DNA from: Vitrella brassicaformis CCMP3155
Lineage: Eukaryota; Protista; Chromerida
Length of the DNA: 64,000 nt
Direction of reading: 5' to 3'
Assembly: GCA_001179505.1 (NCBI GenBank)
Contig: CDMY01000209.1
Coordinates: 1 to 64,000, forward strand
Shown: in pieces, positions 13,417 through 26,356 of the stretch
Layout: each line of letters begins with the position of its first letter
Position numbering within the stretch: position 1 is the stretch's first letter
Position numbers and translations under genes: made by a program
Notes under the pieces: model-generated
What the model saw: only the letters and a program-made list of their open reading frames with translations
The model's database searches: none
Told to the model about the DNA's origin: nothing

Positions 13417-14076
13417 TCATTCAGCCCCGTCCTTGACCATCTTCTTTTTCCCACCACCAGCTCCCCCTCCTGCCTTCTCCCCTCCAGGAACCTCTCTGAT
13501 CAGCGGACCGCCCACCTTCCCCTCGTCCCCTGCATCCCTTGCAGCAGCACGAGAAGCACCACCCTGCCCAACCACCGACCCATCAGGCAGCCGCAGCTCT
13601 CGGATAAGGTCATCATCGCCGACACCACAAGGCAGGCGGACGAGCTCATCTGAGCTCGTGGCCACCCCCTCGCCCAGCGCCTCCTCCAACCCGCACTCTT
13701 CCACCGCCAGACCGGCAGAGTTGCAACCAGGGTCCTCCTCTGCGGGACGGCGGACTGGCGTGATGCCGAGTCGTTTCAGCGCCGCCTCGTCCGGCAGCTG
13801 CCCCTTGACGTCGTACACGCCCATGTGCACCGACATCTCCACACATGGGCCGTCATCACCTTGATCTTCATCGCCTTCGCCGTCAATAGCATGCTCGTCC
13901 TTCGGGCGTTTGGAGGGGAGGCTGATCTGGCGGTTGGCATGCTCCAGCTGGGGCAGAAAGTGCTTGACGCGGGCAAGGATGTCGTCGCTGTCGGCGGTGA
14001 GCGACTGGATGCGCATGTGAGGGGCGGCCTTGGGCTTCGGGAAGCCTCTCTTCCTCTTCACCTGAGGGTGGTCCAT
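13417..14076 (-). CDS. DUF4598 / NOPCHAP1 (C12orf45)-like protein, single exon
   Basis: SDDILARVKHFLPQLEHANRQI and DDGPCVEMSVHMGVYDV resemble the DUF4598 consensus; basic N-terminus. Confidence 0.72.
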   Translation of the reverse strand: MDHPQVKRKRGFPKPKAAPHMRIQSLTADSDDILARVKHFLPQLEHANRQISLPSKRPKDEHAIDGEGDEDQGDDGPCVEMSVHMGVYDVKGQLPDEAALKRLGITPVRRPAEEDPGCNSAGLAVEECGLEEALGEGVATSSDELVRLPCGVGDDDLIRELRLPDGSVVGQGGASRAAARDAGDEGKVGGPLIREVPGGEKAGGGAGGGKKKMVKDGAE

Positions 14077-14240
14077 ACTTCCTCCTTGTTACCCCGGCTT
14101 AAGCTCGCAATGAAATTCCGTGAAACCGCTCTCTCTCTGACCGCTCAGATCTCGGAAAGGATCAGGAATACGGTGTGTGCTGAGGAAGTGGGAAAGGGCC
14201 ACGCCTACTTATATCATTCATCGTGGGTGGAGGATAGATA

Positions 14241-15069
14241 ATGGGCAAGGCGGCTCTGATCATCGTCGATGTGCAGAACGACTTCTGCGAGGGCGGCTCG
14301 TTGGCGGTGAATGAGGCCGAGGAGATCCTCCCAGTTATCAACAGCCTCAGGGACAAACCCCTCTTCGATTGTGTCATCCTCACGTAAGACATACACGCAG
14401 CGCAGACTCGCATCTCTCTGTGTCTGTCTGTGTGTTAACTGTATTCATAAATTGTGCTGTGTCCACCTTGTTTGCAGCTGCGACTGGCACCCGCTTGACC
14501 ACTGTTCGTTCGCGGCCAACCACCCCGGCGCCGAGCTCTTCACAGTCAAGAAGCTGCCAGACACGGGTGTGGACCAGATGATGTGGCCGGTGCACTGCGT
14601 GGCGCACTCGGTGGGCGCGGCCTTCCATCCCCAGCTGAAGCGCTGTGCAGGTGACCTCATTGTGAGGAAGGGTCTGGACAAGACCGTCGACAGCTACAGC
14701 GGGTTTGGGAGCGCCCCAGAGAAGACGGAGCTGCTGCAGCTGCTCAAGGACAGGGGCATTCAGACCGTCTACACAGTGGTAGGGTGTCTACACACAACAC
14801 AACACAACACAAGGAGGCAATCGAATCCCACCCACACTTAATTGTCATCCCATCCGTGTGTTTTGTGTGTCTGTCTGACATGCATCATACAGGGTCTTGC
14901 AACCGATTACTGTGTGGGCTCGACCGCCCTTGACGCCGCCAAGAATGGCTTCGAGACGTACGTGGTGCTGAATGCCTGTCGGGGGGTGGCGCAGTGCACG
15001 ACGGACAGCATGAAGCAGAAGCTGCAGGAGGCCAACGTCAAGATCATTCAGTCGACCGATGTGCCGTAG
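14241..15069 (+). CDS. PNC1: Nicotinamidase/pyrazinamidase (PncA/Pnc1), 3 exons
   Basis: ALIIVDVQNDFCEGGSLAV, DWHP..H.SF, WPVHCV, RKG....DSYSGF and GLATDYCV (catalytic D-K-C triad). Confidence 0.95.
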
Positions 15070-15736
15070 CTGGCCTGGCCAAGCCCCCTTCGGTTCTGTA
15101 GGGTGTGTAGGGTGTGTGTGTATGCAGTGACTGAGTGAGTGCTTTGGGTGAATGTCTGAATGGGAGCGGCAGGGAGAGACGACGATGCGTCTTTTTGCGC
15201 AGCCAGCCCCTTGTTATCGATTCTTCCATGTGTGGATGGATGGATGGATGTCAAGAGCGTTCCAAGTGCAACTCACTTTTATGCTGACAGTTGGTCCCCC
15301 TAGCTATCAACAGCTGTGAATGCTCGCTTACTCGCCTGCCTCATTCAGGCAGTGACTGCAGTGACCGAACAAACCCCTCTCTCTCCTCCCTCTCTTCTGT
15401 CATGTCTATGCAGCACCGAAAGGCACAAAAAGGGAGGGAGCCGCCAGCCGCAGACAGACAGACAGACACACGTCCAAGAACGGAACACACGCTCACATCA
15501 CATATGGGGTCAAAGCCAACTGACCAACTAACTGGTATGGATGCATTCACATCACACCACAGGCGAGTCACGCCATGGGGTGGTATCCAGTGCCCAGCTG
15601 TTGGCAGCTGCTCAACATCTGCCAAAATCCGCGAGATGTGGTGATCTCCACTCGCCCCTTTGTCCTACAGCCAGCCAATGAGAGAGAGAGAGAGAGAGAG
15701 AGAAGCCGCACCACTGGTGCACCATCCACCATCCAT

Positions 15737-16837
15737 CTAGTCCCCTCTCTCTCTGTGCGCGTACCATCCCGTTCTTATGGCGTCCAGCCTGGCAAGCCAC
15801 ATGCACACAAGAAAGACCACGTCGCTGCCGGCCGTGGCCTCGATGCGTGAGCTGTGCAGGCGGCCCAGCAGCCGGCCCGCGGTGGTCGTCACACATGTGG
15901 CCGGTCCTTGCGGCTGAATGAAGGACGAGGGGGCAGAAGAACAACACAACACCACTGATGCGATCGACAGATACTGTTAACGTGGTCTGTCTGTCTGTCT
16001 GTCTGCATGGCGTACCTCTTCGTTGTCCATCATGGCCTCCAACCGAGTGCCCCTCTTGCATCGGACGACGACAGTCTTCTTGGCCTTCCTGTCGCTGCGG
16101 TACGACACAGTGCAGCCGTCACGCGAGATGGTGCAGTGCTCGCGCCCATCAGGGTAGTACACCTGATCGCCGACAGACGCACAACAGAGAGAAATGAAGA
16201 TGGAGTCACGTGTGCCTATCGGTCTGCTGTTGTCTGACCTTGAACTTGGCATCGAATTTCTGGTCAAGTCTGGCGATGAGCTCCCCTGTCGCTGCATCCA
16301 CCACCTTCTCCTCCCATATGGTGTTGCCGTGACACAGCGATATGATCCGAAACACCCGAGTGGGCGCGGCGGACCGATGAAGCAGCAAGACCTCCAGGTT
16401 GCCGCTGTCTACCACCTGGAAGGCAACCGACACACACGCGCACACAAACACACAGAAACAGATCTTCCTCTCAGGCAGACCTGATCTGTGCGTCTATCGC
16501 TATGCTTGCTGCCTGATAAGAGGAGTCGCCATCTGCCGTCCATTGCGGGCTGACTGGGGGCAGCGGATCTGCCCTGCTGCCGGTGGATAAGGACCGCACT
16601 GCGACGGTTTGGCTGCTGCTGGAGGAGGTAGATGCTGTCGTCGAGGGAGAGTTGGAGCCGGACGACTGAGAAGAACCCATCGCCTCCTGCTTTCTCCTCT
16701 TCAACACAAACGCTTTTATGGACTACAGCATCTGCCCTCAGGGGCCGGACCTCGACAAACGCAATCGCGATGGTTTTCGGCTCGCATTCCTCGGTCAGTG
16801 ATCTGGGCAGCAGGTGCTCTATCTTGAGGACATTCAT
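15737..16837 (-). CDS. Hypothetical protein, possibly LURP-one/Tubby-C (scramblase-like) fold
   Basis: Four in-phase exons; beta-rich core (EEKVVDAATGELIARLDQKF) and C-terminal IEATAGSDVVFLVCMWLARLD helix typical of LURP1-like proteins. The fold is inference. Confidence 0.5.
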
Positions 16838-16885
16838 CGCTATCTACGGTGGTCTTGTTGAATGCTCTGACTGAGGGGAGAATTC

Positions 16886-18335
16886 ATGATGCTCAAGTAC
16901 TCTGGGAGCTCCTTCCTTCGGCAGCGGTTGGTGCTGTCCACCATCAGCGGCCGCCCCGTCAAGATTGACAACATCCGTGCCGTCGACGAGAGCCCAGGCC
17001 TCAAGGACTACGAGGCATCTTTGCTGCGGCTGCTCGACAAGCTGACGGAGGGCACCCAGATCCAGGTCGACGAAACAGGTACGGTACTGCGGTACCGACC
17101 TGGGCAGCTGATGGGGGGCGATGGCTTCATCCACGACTGCGGCACCTCACGGTCCATCGCCTACTTTCTGGAGGTTCTGATCATGCTGGCGCCCTTCGCC
17201 AAGGCCCCCCTGTCCATCACCCTTCGCGGCATCACCAGCGACAACCGGGATCCGTCCATCGACACTGTCCGCACGGTCACCCTGCCCCTTCTCCGCCACT
17301 TTGGCGTCATCGAGGGCCTCTCGCTCAAGATCATTCGGCGAGGCGCGGTGCCTCAGGGCGGCGGGGAGGTGCTCTTCGAGTGCCCCATAGTCAAGAAGAT
17401 CGCCCCGGTGCGGCTGCTCGACGTCGGCCGCATCAAGAGGGTCCGCGGGGTGGCATTCACTGCGCGAGTCTCACAGCAGCACGCAGCCCGTGTTGTCGAC
17501 AGGGCGAGGGGGCTGCTCAACCGGTTTCTGCCGGACGTGTGGATCTACACTGAGCACGCCAAAGGGGACAAATCAGGCAACTCGCCCGGCTTCGGGGTGT
17601 CGCTCGTAGCCGAGACGATGAAGGGCTTCAGCAAGGGAGCTGACGTGTGCAGCGACGGGACGCTCCAGGCCCTCACCGAGACCACCCAGACGGGCGACGG
17701 GCAGCAATCTGAGCGAATCTCTGGCCGACGGAGCATCGTGCGGCAGCTGGCGAAACGAGAGGAGGAGAAAACCCAAATGGCGGGGGGCAACAGTCAGATG
17801 GACGACGAGAGTGCCGGCATAGAGAGTGCCATGACGCAGTCAGAGCTGGTTGGGAAGCTTGCGGCCTCTCGTCTGCTGCTGGAGATCCGCAGCGGGGGCG
17901 TGACTGACTCGACGCACCAGTACCTGCCTCTCTACTTCATGGCCCTGGCAGAGGAGCACCAGCAGTGCAAAGTAAGTATGTTAGCGCAGCCGTCGTCTCA
18001 ACGCATTTAGAGAATGAACCATTCATCCATCGCTTTCCTCGTCCCGTGTGTGTCATCAGGTTCGTTTGTCGAGGCTGACGCCCTACACCGTGCAGTTTCT
18101 GCGGCACGTGCGCGACTTCCTCGGCGTGGCCTTCGAGCTGACTGAAGACACCGACAGAATGAAGGAGCAGACAGAGCTGCAGACACCGCTTAAGGCGGAG
18201 GAAGAGCTGAATGATGGGCAAGGGCTGCTGCAAGACGATGGCGGTGAGGACGAGAATGATGGCGTGTTTCCGTCCACTGTGGTGTGCACCTGTGTGGGTC
18301 GGGGCCTTGTCAATATAGCTAGGAGGACATTCTGA
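16886..18335 (+). CDS. RCL1: RNA 3'-terminal phosphate cyclase-like protein Rcl1, 2 exons
   Basis: GSSFLRQRLVLSTISGRPVKIDNIR, PGLKDYEASLLRLLDK, HDCGTSRSIAYFLE, GGVTDSTHQ and C-terminal CVGRGLVNIAR. Confidence 0.95.
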
Positions 18336-18509
18336 CTAAGTGAAAACAGCTATGCTTTGTTCAATGATGTGCTGATGGGACGCATTTCTCGTGCGTATGG
18401 GAACGGTGCGGACAGGACAGCCAGCCAATCATTATTCCCAATCCTATCCCTCAACATAGCTCATTGATCCACCCACCGCCCGCCAATTAGTTCCCTCAAC
18501 CAGTCAGTG

Positions 18510-20645
18510 TCAGAGTGGTGACCTCTCCGCCGCCCTCCGAACAGCCTCAAGCATCACCCGCCAGAACTCCTGCAGGTCCATGTCGGTGCACACCTGCACG
18601 TTGGGCGTCTTGTGCGTCAGGTTGAAGAAGTCGCACACCGTCTGCCCGGCTGTCAGACTGGATGCCATCTCGATGTCCACTCGGATCTTCTTGTGAGTGA
18701 AGCCTTTGCCCTTGCTGATGGCGCACCACATGGCACACGGGTCGTGCAGCGGGGGCTGGTCGAAGGCGAAGACGCGGCTGTAAGTGGACGAGAAGAATGT
18801 CAGGAGGGACACACAGCAGGACGAGAAGGGGCCGCCCATCTGGAGAGGGAGGGAGGGAGGGAGGCATTGGTGTGTGAAAATGAGAGTCTGTGTGTGTGTG
18901 TGCGTGTGTGTGTGTACCTGCTTGATTGTCTGCAGGTGCTCCTGAGTGAGCAAAGCTGGACAGACAGACAGACATGTGCAGTGCACGATGGCAGGCAGGC
19001 AGGCAGGCAGGCAGGCAGATTTGCGCAAGTTGAGTTGTAGGCAGGCCTGGCCTGCATACCATAGACACCTTACCTTTGTGTGTGACCTCTAGCGGCACCA
19101 TCCAGACGTCAAGCCCGCTCTCAAACACAATGTGGGCCGCCTCTGTGGTGCAAATGAATGAGGGGAGGGATGGATGGGCGGATGGGCGGACGAGTCAGTC
19201 ACACAGACAGACAACGCACCGTACCGTACCGCACCGCCCACCACACCACACTCACGCACCCTGACCTGGATCGATCTGGATGTTCCACTCCATAACAGGG
19301 CCGGTGTTGCCCAAACCTGCAATCAAGACAGACAGACAGACAGTGCACACACACCACACACACACACACGCGTTCGTTCATTCGTTCGTTCATTCATTCA
19401 TTCATTTCGCTTACCCATGGCGCCCCCCATCATGACGATCCTGTCTACCTGAGGCTTCACCTGTATGCACCACAACCACCACGTGCAGTCGTCATGTGCA
19501 GTCGTCGGTCATGTGCAGCCAGTCGACGGCCTTTTTCTCCCTGATTCTGTCTGCCTGTCTGTCTGCCTGTCTGCCTGTCTCTCTGTCTTCCTCCCTGTCT
19601 TACGTGTGGAAGACCGATCGAGTGACCTCAGGAAAGAGAGTTAGAAGCAGAGCGATGTTCGTCAGACAACCTGCACACAGACACACACACACACAAACCT
19701 CATTCATTCATTAAACCTCATTCATTCATTCATTCATTTGATTGATGTGCAAGCTAAGGTGCCCACCCACCGGTGGCTGCAATGGTGACCTTCCCCTCGT
19801 TTCCCATTATCCTGCACGCACACAGACGGACCGACACACACAGGTGCCTGCCACCATGCCATGCCATGCGTGTGTGTGGTCGCTCCCTCTCTCCCTCCCT
19901 CCCTCCCTCCCTCCCATCCCACCACACACACGCACCTGTCTGCCATTGCCATGACGGCCTTCTCTGTCCGCACCCCCTTGTGCGGCTGCGGGAAGGCAAA
20001 CCCATCTAGACCACTCTCGCCATGGATCTCGGGACTGCTCACACACACAAACCGCACACACCCATCCCATGCTTGTGTGGCTGATACATAATCCCGTGTG
20101 CACTGCGTGTGTGTGTGTGTGGGCACCCATACCAGATGGCCGCCTTGCGGACGAGCGGCGCCGCTTGGCCCCGGTACACATCTGTGTGTATTTGCGGCCA
20201 ACGCATTATGCGCAGAAATGACCGAACTGACTGACTGACTGACAGACTTACCGACGTCCTCAACTCCACAAGCATGCAGCCAATTCAGCGCATTGCCAGC
20301 CGTCTTGTCCACCTGCATTGCACCGACAGACAGCACAATTAACCACCACCCCTACCACCAAGGGAGAACGAGTGACTGAAGGAATGCATGCTTCCATTCA
20401 TCCGCACTGACCGTTTGGTTGCCGTGCACTGTGGACACGCCCAGCAGGTTGACAGCGATGGGTGGCGGCGGGTAGCACGCCAGCGTCAGCCCGAAACAAT
20501 CGTCGTGACCCGGATCTGTAGGCACAAGTGTCATGTCATGTGAGTGGTGATGGCATGAGATCTCAGCATGGATCTTTCAATCAGGTCGTTGGTGTGCCTC
20601 ACCGCAGTCAATCCACATGTCCACACGCTTTTTGGAGCTCTCCAT
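18510..20645 (-). CDS. Inosine-uridine preferring nucleoside hydrolase (Urh1/RihA-like), multi-exon
   Basis: WIDC|DPGHDD (DxDPGxDD), LGVSTVHGNQ, EIHGESGLDG, EWNIQIDP|EAAHIVF, VPLEVTH, PPLHDPCA, GQTVCD. Confidence 0.93.
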
Positions 20646-20803
20646 CTCAGCGTACCGCACCTTCGTCGACCCAAAGCTCGCAAGTGAAGAAGGGAGATCG
20701 TCACGCAAGCGTCTGCTGCAGATCTGTCGGTGGTGTGACGAGCTGAAAGCGAGGTAACGAGACCGCTGTGCTGTTGTCGCAGCTACAGGCCATATCTTGC
20801 GGC

Positions 20804-21776
20804 ATGGCGGCTCTTGACATGGCCACCACGGTCTACAGAGACCTCAAGATGGCCATAACACGATTCAGATACTGGTGGGGAATGAGTGTGTCCAGCACTG
20901 CACATGCACACACAGAACAGTCACTGACAGGCGGGTGTGTGTGTATGTGTGTGTGTGTGTGTGTGTGTGTCATTGGCTTGTCTGTGGGTGTGTGTGTCTG
21001 GTGCAGGTACAACGAGACGAACATCGAGACCCGGATGGGCATATGGATGGGGATGGGTGCCCTTACAGGGGCCGTTACGGGGTTCAGGAGCATGGCCAAG
21101 AAGGTCTACGCCAAACCCACCTGCCTAGAGGTGTGATTCATGGGTGGACGGACGGACGGACGCACTAACACACACGTGTACCTACCTACCTCTGTGTGTG
21201 CGTCTTTGTGAAATTTGTGCAGGTGACGGAGATCCAGCTGCCGAAGTCGAGCATAGACGAGTTTGAGCAGCTGTGGAACGACCACGCAGGGGAGGCAGCC
21301 AAGTGCGAGGGGTCAGTGAGGCAGAGTCAGAGCCACGAAGCGAGGCAGACAGACAGACAGACGGGCATGGACGCTGTCTCTCTCTCTCTGTGTGTGTGTG
21401 TTCGTCGCCGCGTGCTATCATCACAGTTACGAGTGGACGCGGCTCTACAAGGCCATCGACTGGGAGAACAGCGCTTGGTCCTACCTTCAACTCAGAATGT
21501 GGCGGAGGCCCAAATTCAGACTCATGTGGTGAGCAAACGCCGCTCAGACACAGACAGACAGACATGAGGAATGTGTTCGTTGGCGGGCGGAGAGGCTGCA
21601 ATTTCTGTCTGTCTGTCTGTCTGTCTGTGTGCGTGTGCGTGTGCGTGTGCGTGTGCAGGGAGAACAGCGACTACGCGCAGCAGCAGGAGAAGAAGATGCT
21701 GCAGGTGGGGGCGCAGATCAAGAAGACGCGGTATGATATCGTCGTTGACGACTCGGTCTCGCGCCTGGTCGAGTGA
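20804..21776 (+). CDS. ~165 aa protein with one hydrophobic helix and an ABM-like alpha+beta barrel, 5 exons
   Basis: Spliced product ...MGIWMGMGALTGAVTG...DEFEQLWNDHAGEAAKCEGYEWTRLYKAIDWENSAWSYLQLRMW...; the pattern resembles ABM/HmoA proteins (inference). Confidence 0.6.
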
Positions 21777-22196
21777 GGGGCCCATGGTGTTGTCGCGCCG
21801 CCCTCTAGACGGTGCTCTCTGGCAGGCAGGCAGGCAGGCAGGCTGACTGACTGAGACGTGTATAGCGGTTTGTGTTGCTAGCCATGGGTCATGTGTATAC
21901 GCCTGTGCCTTCGCGCCAAGTGCGGGGGACCCGACTTTGCCTCTCTTCCTTCGTATAAGTCAATTCGTTGACCGAATGAATGTCAAGGTCTCATGCACTC
22001 ACACAACTACGGACAGCCAGTGTGAGATCTGAGCCATGTGGAAGCCAATCGAATCTCTTACACGCACATGCTCACATTATTGCAATCTCAAAAGGACAGC
22101 CCACAATGACCAGAACTGACAGTAACAAATGGCCACCAAACCACGATACTGATGGATCGGGGAACAACACGGACAGCGAGTGACACAGACCCGACA

Positions 22197-23726
22197 TCAA
22201 TCCATCATGCTATCGTTCGTCGCGCTGCTCGGCTCCCCTCCCCCTTGTCCGGCTGGTGCTCGCTCCTTGACCACCATGACCACAGAGAGATAGACCTTGT
22301 CCCACTCCGGGTAGTCGTTTCCCAGCACGTGTTCTCGGGTTTCGAACCTGGGATGCATGCGACGATAGAACGCCCTGGACCACACATGGGTGGCTGGACA
22401 GATCCCCTTCCCGAAGGCCGGGGGGTACTGGTATAGCAGCTTACGCCCCCTCTCTCCTTGGATGCGCTCGAACAAGCTGTCCTCTTCTTCGTCTTGGTGC
22501 TCCGGATCTGGAAGAGGGTAGGCTCCACGTCTGCTGTTGTATTCCGTCGAGGCCGCGACCTGAACTCCGACCGCTGCGTTGCGGGTCACCTCGGCGGCAC
22601 ACTGGTCAGCCACAGTGTGAAAGCCCCAGTTTTCATCCGCATCTTCGCCGCACTGCTGAGCCGATGACATCATCCTGATGTCGACGTCGAAGTGAGCCGA
22701 CAGCAGTTGGTAGAGGCGGCTGTCGATGCCCTTGAGGTGCTCCACGCCCATCGTCGAGGGCGTGTACCTGTGCTCGAAATGGATGATGAAGCTCTCGGTG
22801 TCGTAGCACCTGTGGTACCAGTCTGAAAGCTTTGCCTGTGTGCACGACACACGTAGAGAGACCACAATCATTCACCATCGGTATACTTTGGGTGCCGCCT
22901 GGCCCTACTAGCTCACCGGCAAGGACTTGAAGTGATGATGGAGCGAGTCGATCATCGCTTGCAGCGGAGGCGCCAGGTAGCCACCAGCTGTCTGTGGCGA
23001 TGCCACCATCTCCGCCACCGGCCTTCTCCGCAGATTGTAGGTCAGCACCAGACGATAGCCGCACGTGACGGGCGCCACACTGTGGGGGATGTCGGAGAAG
23101 AAGGCCACCCACCGACACTTCTTGGCCGCCAGGGTGCGCTGCGTCTGCTCGTTGAAGGTGGCCGAGTCGAACCCCTCTGTTTGCTCGAGAATGAAGTCGC
23201 CTCCTTGATAGCCAGTTGGCAGGAAGATGAGCAGAGAGGCGAAATGGTCATTGGATCGCTGAGTGTCCCTGTGAGCCTCGAAGAAATCTCCATCGCCGTA
23301 CAGCAGCAGCTTGTAGAAGTCGGCCGTCACCTCGCTGGCCGGCGACATCTCGGAAGCCACCTCGTCGCACACACGCCGCACCGCAGACCTCCAGTCGCCC
23401 GCAGGACATCCAACTGTCAGCTCATCGGCTGGGACCTCCCGCGCCTTTCGCACACGCAAACAGACCACCGTGCCGCCGCTCATACCCACGGCCGACTGCC
23501 GTGCCTGCGTGTCGTACACATGCTTGAGAGTCGCCTGGAAGAAAGGCGCCCCATTTGCCGAGTCACAGTTGGGTTGCAGCGCCCGGTTGGCCGCCTTGAC
23601 CGTTGGGATGAGGTCGATTGCTCCCGCGATGAATGGCCTCGGAGCGTCATGCTTCTTCAGGTGATCAATGGCCCTTTCAATCGCCGTATCGACTTCCATG
23701 ACCTCCGGATCACGAACTGCCGACAT
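22197..23726 (-). CDS. 2OG-Fe(II) oxygenase superfamily protein, 2 exons
   Basis: FYKLLLYGDGDFFEAHRDTQ (HxD), LPTGYQGGDF, WVAFFSDIPHSVAPVTCGYRLVLTYNL; second exon FEHRYT...HLKGIDSRLY. Confidence 0.9.
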
Positions 23727-23870
23727 CTTCAAACCGGGAAGCGTGGTTGTGCCACGATCTTTCCAGATCAGCTGAGAGGGCGATGGACGTCTTCGGAGTA
23801 GAGCACCTGCTGCCAGATCAGAGCCAGATCGTCGACAGATATGCGAGCCGAAAAGCGATCATCGCGAGCT

Positions 23871-24168
23871 TGGTTGGTTGGTTGGTTGGTTACGGGCCCT
23901 GGGGATGCCCCGCCTCCCAAGTCTTTGCGAGTCCGATTCATGTACACTGGCCACGCACGATCACACTCCGATCGACCGATCGCACGCCTCTGTGTCCTCA
24001 GCTTTTACACGATTCGATTTCACGGCAGCTACCCTACGCATCCGAGTGCCACTCCTCGGCTGGTCCTCGCGGCGCGTCCAGTGAGATCCGTTTGACAGGC
24101 AGTCCAGTGAGATCCTTAGGGTAGCTAGTCTAGACTCCCCCCCGAAACTTGCGCCATGGGTCCGATGG
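23871..24168 (-). mobile_element. SINE-like dispersed repeat, copy 1 (runs into gap)
   Basis: Near-identical to 27000-27318 and 27980-28200; (TTGG)n at the left end. Confidence 0.75.
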
Positions 24169-24468
24169 NNNNNNNNNNNNNNNNNNNNNNNNNNNNNNNN
24201 NNNNNNNNNNNNNNNNNNNNNNNNNNNNNNNNNNNNNNNNNNNNNNNNNNNNNNNNNNNNNNNNNNNNNNNNNNNNNNNNNNNNNNNNNNNNNNNNNNNN
24301 NNNNNNNNNNNNNNNNNNNNNNNNNNNNNNNNNNNNNNNNNNNNNNNNNNNNNNNNNNNNNNNNNNNNNNNNNNNNNNNNNNNNNNNNNNNNNNNNNNNN
24401 NNNNNNNNNNNNNNNNNNNNNNNNNNNNNNNNNNNNNNNNNNNNNNNNNNNNNNNNNNNNNNNNNNNN
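24169..24468. other. Assembly gap (300 N); hides the 5' end of the PKA-R gene
   Basis: 300 N between repeat copy 1 and the first visible PKA-R exon. Confidence 0.99.
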
Positions 24469-24515
24469 GGAGGGGAGTGCGGGCCCTGGATGTGGGCATG
24501 TGTCAATGTTCGCAG

Positions 24516-26356
24516 AGGAGGACAGGCGTGTCTGCAGAGGCAGGTGAGGAAGCGCCAGCTCCAGCACGCGATATTGGCAGCCATGTTGACGTGTGTGTGT
24601 GCCTTTGTTTCAGTGACCAAGGAGCGCATGGCCAAGTGGAAAAAGCCTGTCTACCCAAAAGCTGAGGCAGACAAGGTCAGCTGACGACAGCCCCACAAAC
24701 CGCAACCGACCATCCGCTCCGACCATTGCCTCCTTCCGGTCCGATTGATTAGGCCAAGATCCGTTCGGTCATCAACACCAAGCTGCAAGTGCTGTTCGGA
24801 CACCTCGATGACGAGGCGCGAGAAGCGGTCAGCAAATGATTGACAAACACACACAACACACAGGGCAGCTCGTGTATGTGTGTGTGGTGGTGTCTTGATT
24901 GGTGTCTTGTCTGCCTGCAGGTAATCGACGCCATGTTCCGGAAGGAAGTCAAGAAGGGCGAGATGCTGATCCAGCAGGGGCAGGAGGGTGACAATTTCTA
25001 TGTTGTGGATAAAGGCATGTTCGACATACTCGTCGCCAGAGGCAACAACCCACCAAAGAAGGTCACGGAGGTGAGCATATCAGCGGGCACTCAGTCACCT
25101 CTGCATCGGCATCCATCCATCCATCCATCCATCCATGCGTGTGTGTGTGTGTGTGCGTGTCAATTTGGTTGCAGGCTGCTCCTGGTTCCTCGTTTGGTGA
25201 GCTGGCGTTGATGTACAACGCACCTCGCGCAGCCACATGCATTGTGAGCTATGCATGCCACGCACAGACAGCCGTATACCCATGGCCCTGACTGAGCTGT
25301 GATGCCGCTTTGCTGTGTGCGCCAGGCTGCTGAGGACTCTGTTGTGTGGGCGCTGGACCGCGACAGCTTCCAGATGATGCTGGTCAGCAGCAACAAGGCA
25401 CACGTATCAGTTTGGTCTTCATCAACGCTCCTCCTGTCTGTGTTTGGCTGTCAGGTGACGGCAGAGAACGTCAAGAAGAAGGCACACGAGTCCTTCCTCG
25501 AAAACGTCGAGATATTCCGTAAGACTCGTGCTTCCAGTTTTGCGTGCGTCACATGTGTGCACAGCTGCTTTCCTCTGTTTCTGTGCAGAGGCTCTGACCA
25601 AACTGGAGCGTGGGAAGCTGTCCGACCTCCTGGTACTCTGATCAATGAAGAGCTTTTGGCGTGCTATGTGGTGCTTGAGATTGCCTTTCTGGTTCCTGGT
25701 TTGTTTCATGCAGCAAAGTGACATATTTGAGGACGGCGAGTGCATCATCCAGCAGGGCACCGTCGGCGACCGCTTCTATATCGTCGAAGAGGTGAGTGGG
25801 GTGCAGCAGCTGCCTCACCTCGCCCTGTGGGAGTCATTGTCCTGCAGGGTCATGCTGTCGCGAAACTGTCCGAGGAGAACAAGCCCGAAATCGTCGTCAA
25901 GGAGTGAGCCAGGAGTACACACAGGGACAACAGGATAGTCATGCACCTTACGCATTTTGCTTTGTGTGCAGGTACGGTCCTGGTGGGTATTTCGGTGAGA
26001 TTGCTCTGCTTGCTGACGTGTCCAGAAAGGTATACCTCACTCGAGGGTGTATATTGCTGCAACACTGCTGTGTGTGGCTGCTGTGCAGGCGAGTGTGTAC
26101 GCAAAGGGCGACTGCTCCGTCTTGTGGATAGACCGGGAGTGCTTCGACAGGTAGGTACACGAATTACCCTCAGCGCGTCACCGCGCTCACGTGGTTTGAT
26201 GCAGGGTGCTGGGGCCGATCAAGGACACGCTGCTCAAGGAGGTCAAACGAAAGCAGATAGGAATCCCCACACGTACAAGGCATCATCTGGATGGTCTCCC
26301 TGTTCGTGTGTCTCCAGGTCGAGAAGTACCCAAAGTACGAGGAATTCCTCAAGTGA
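24516..26356 (+). CDS. PKAR: cAMP-dependent protein kinase regulatory subunit (5' partial)
   Basis: Inhibitor site RRTGVSAE, linker KPVYPK, two CNB domains ([13 protein letters not shown]...[15 protein letters not shown]; [15 protein letters not shown]...YFGEIALL...RKASV); stop at 26354-26356. Confidence 0.92.

Noticed and set aside
25390-25455. GC donor in PKA-R (AAG|GCACAC)
   Set aside because: A GT donor 6 nt downstream (CAC|GTATCA) is in phase.
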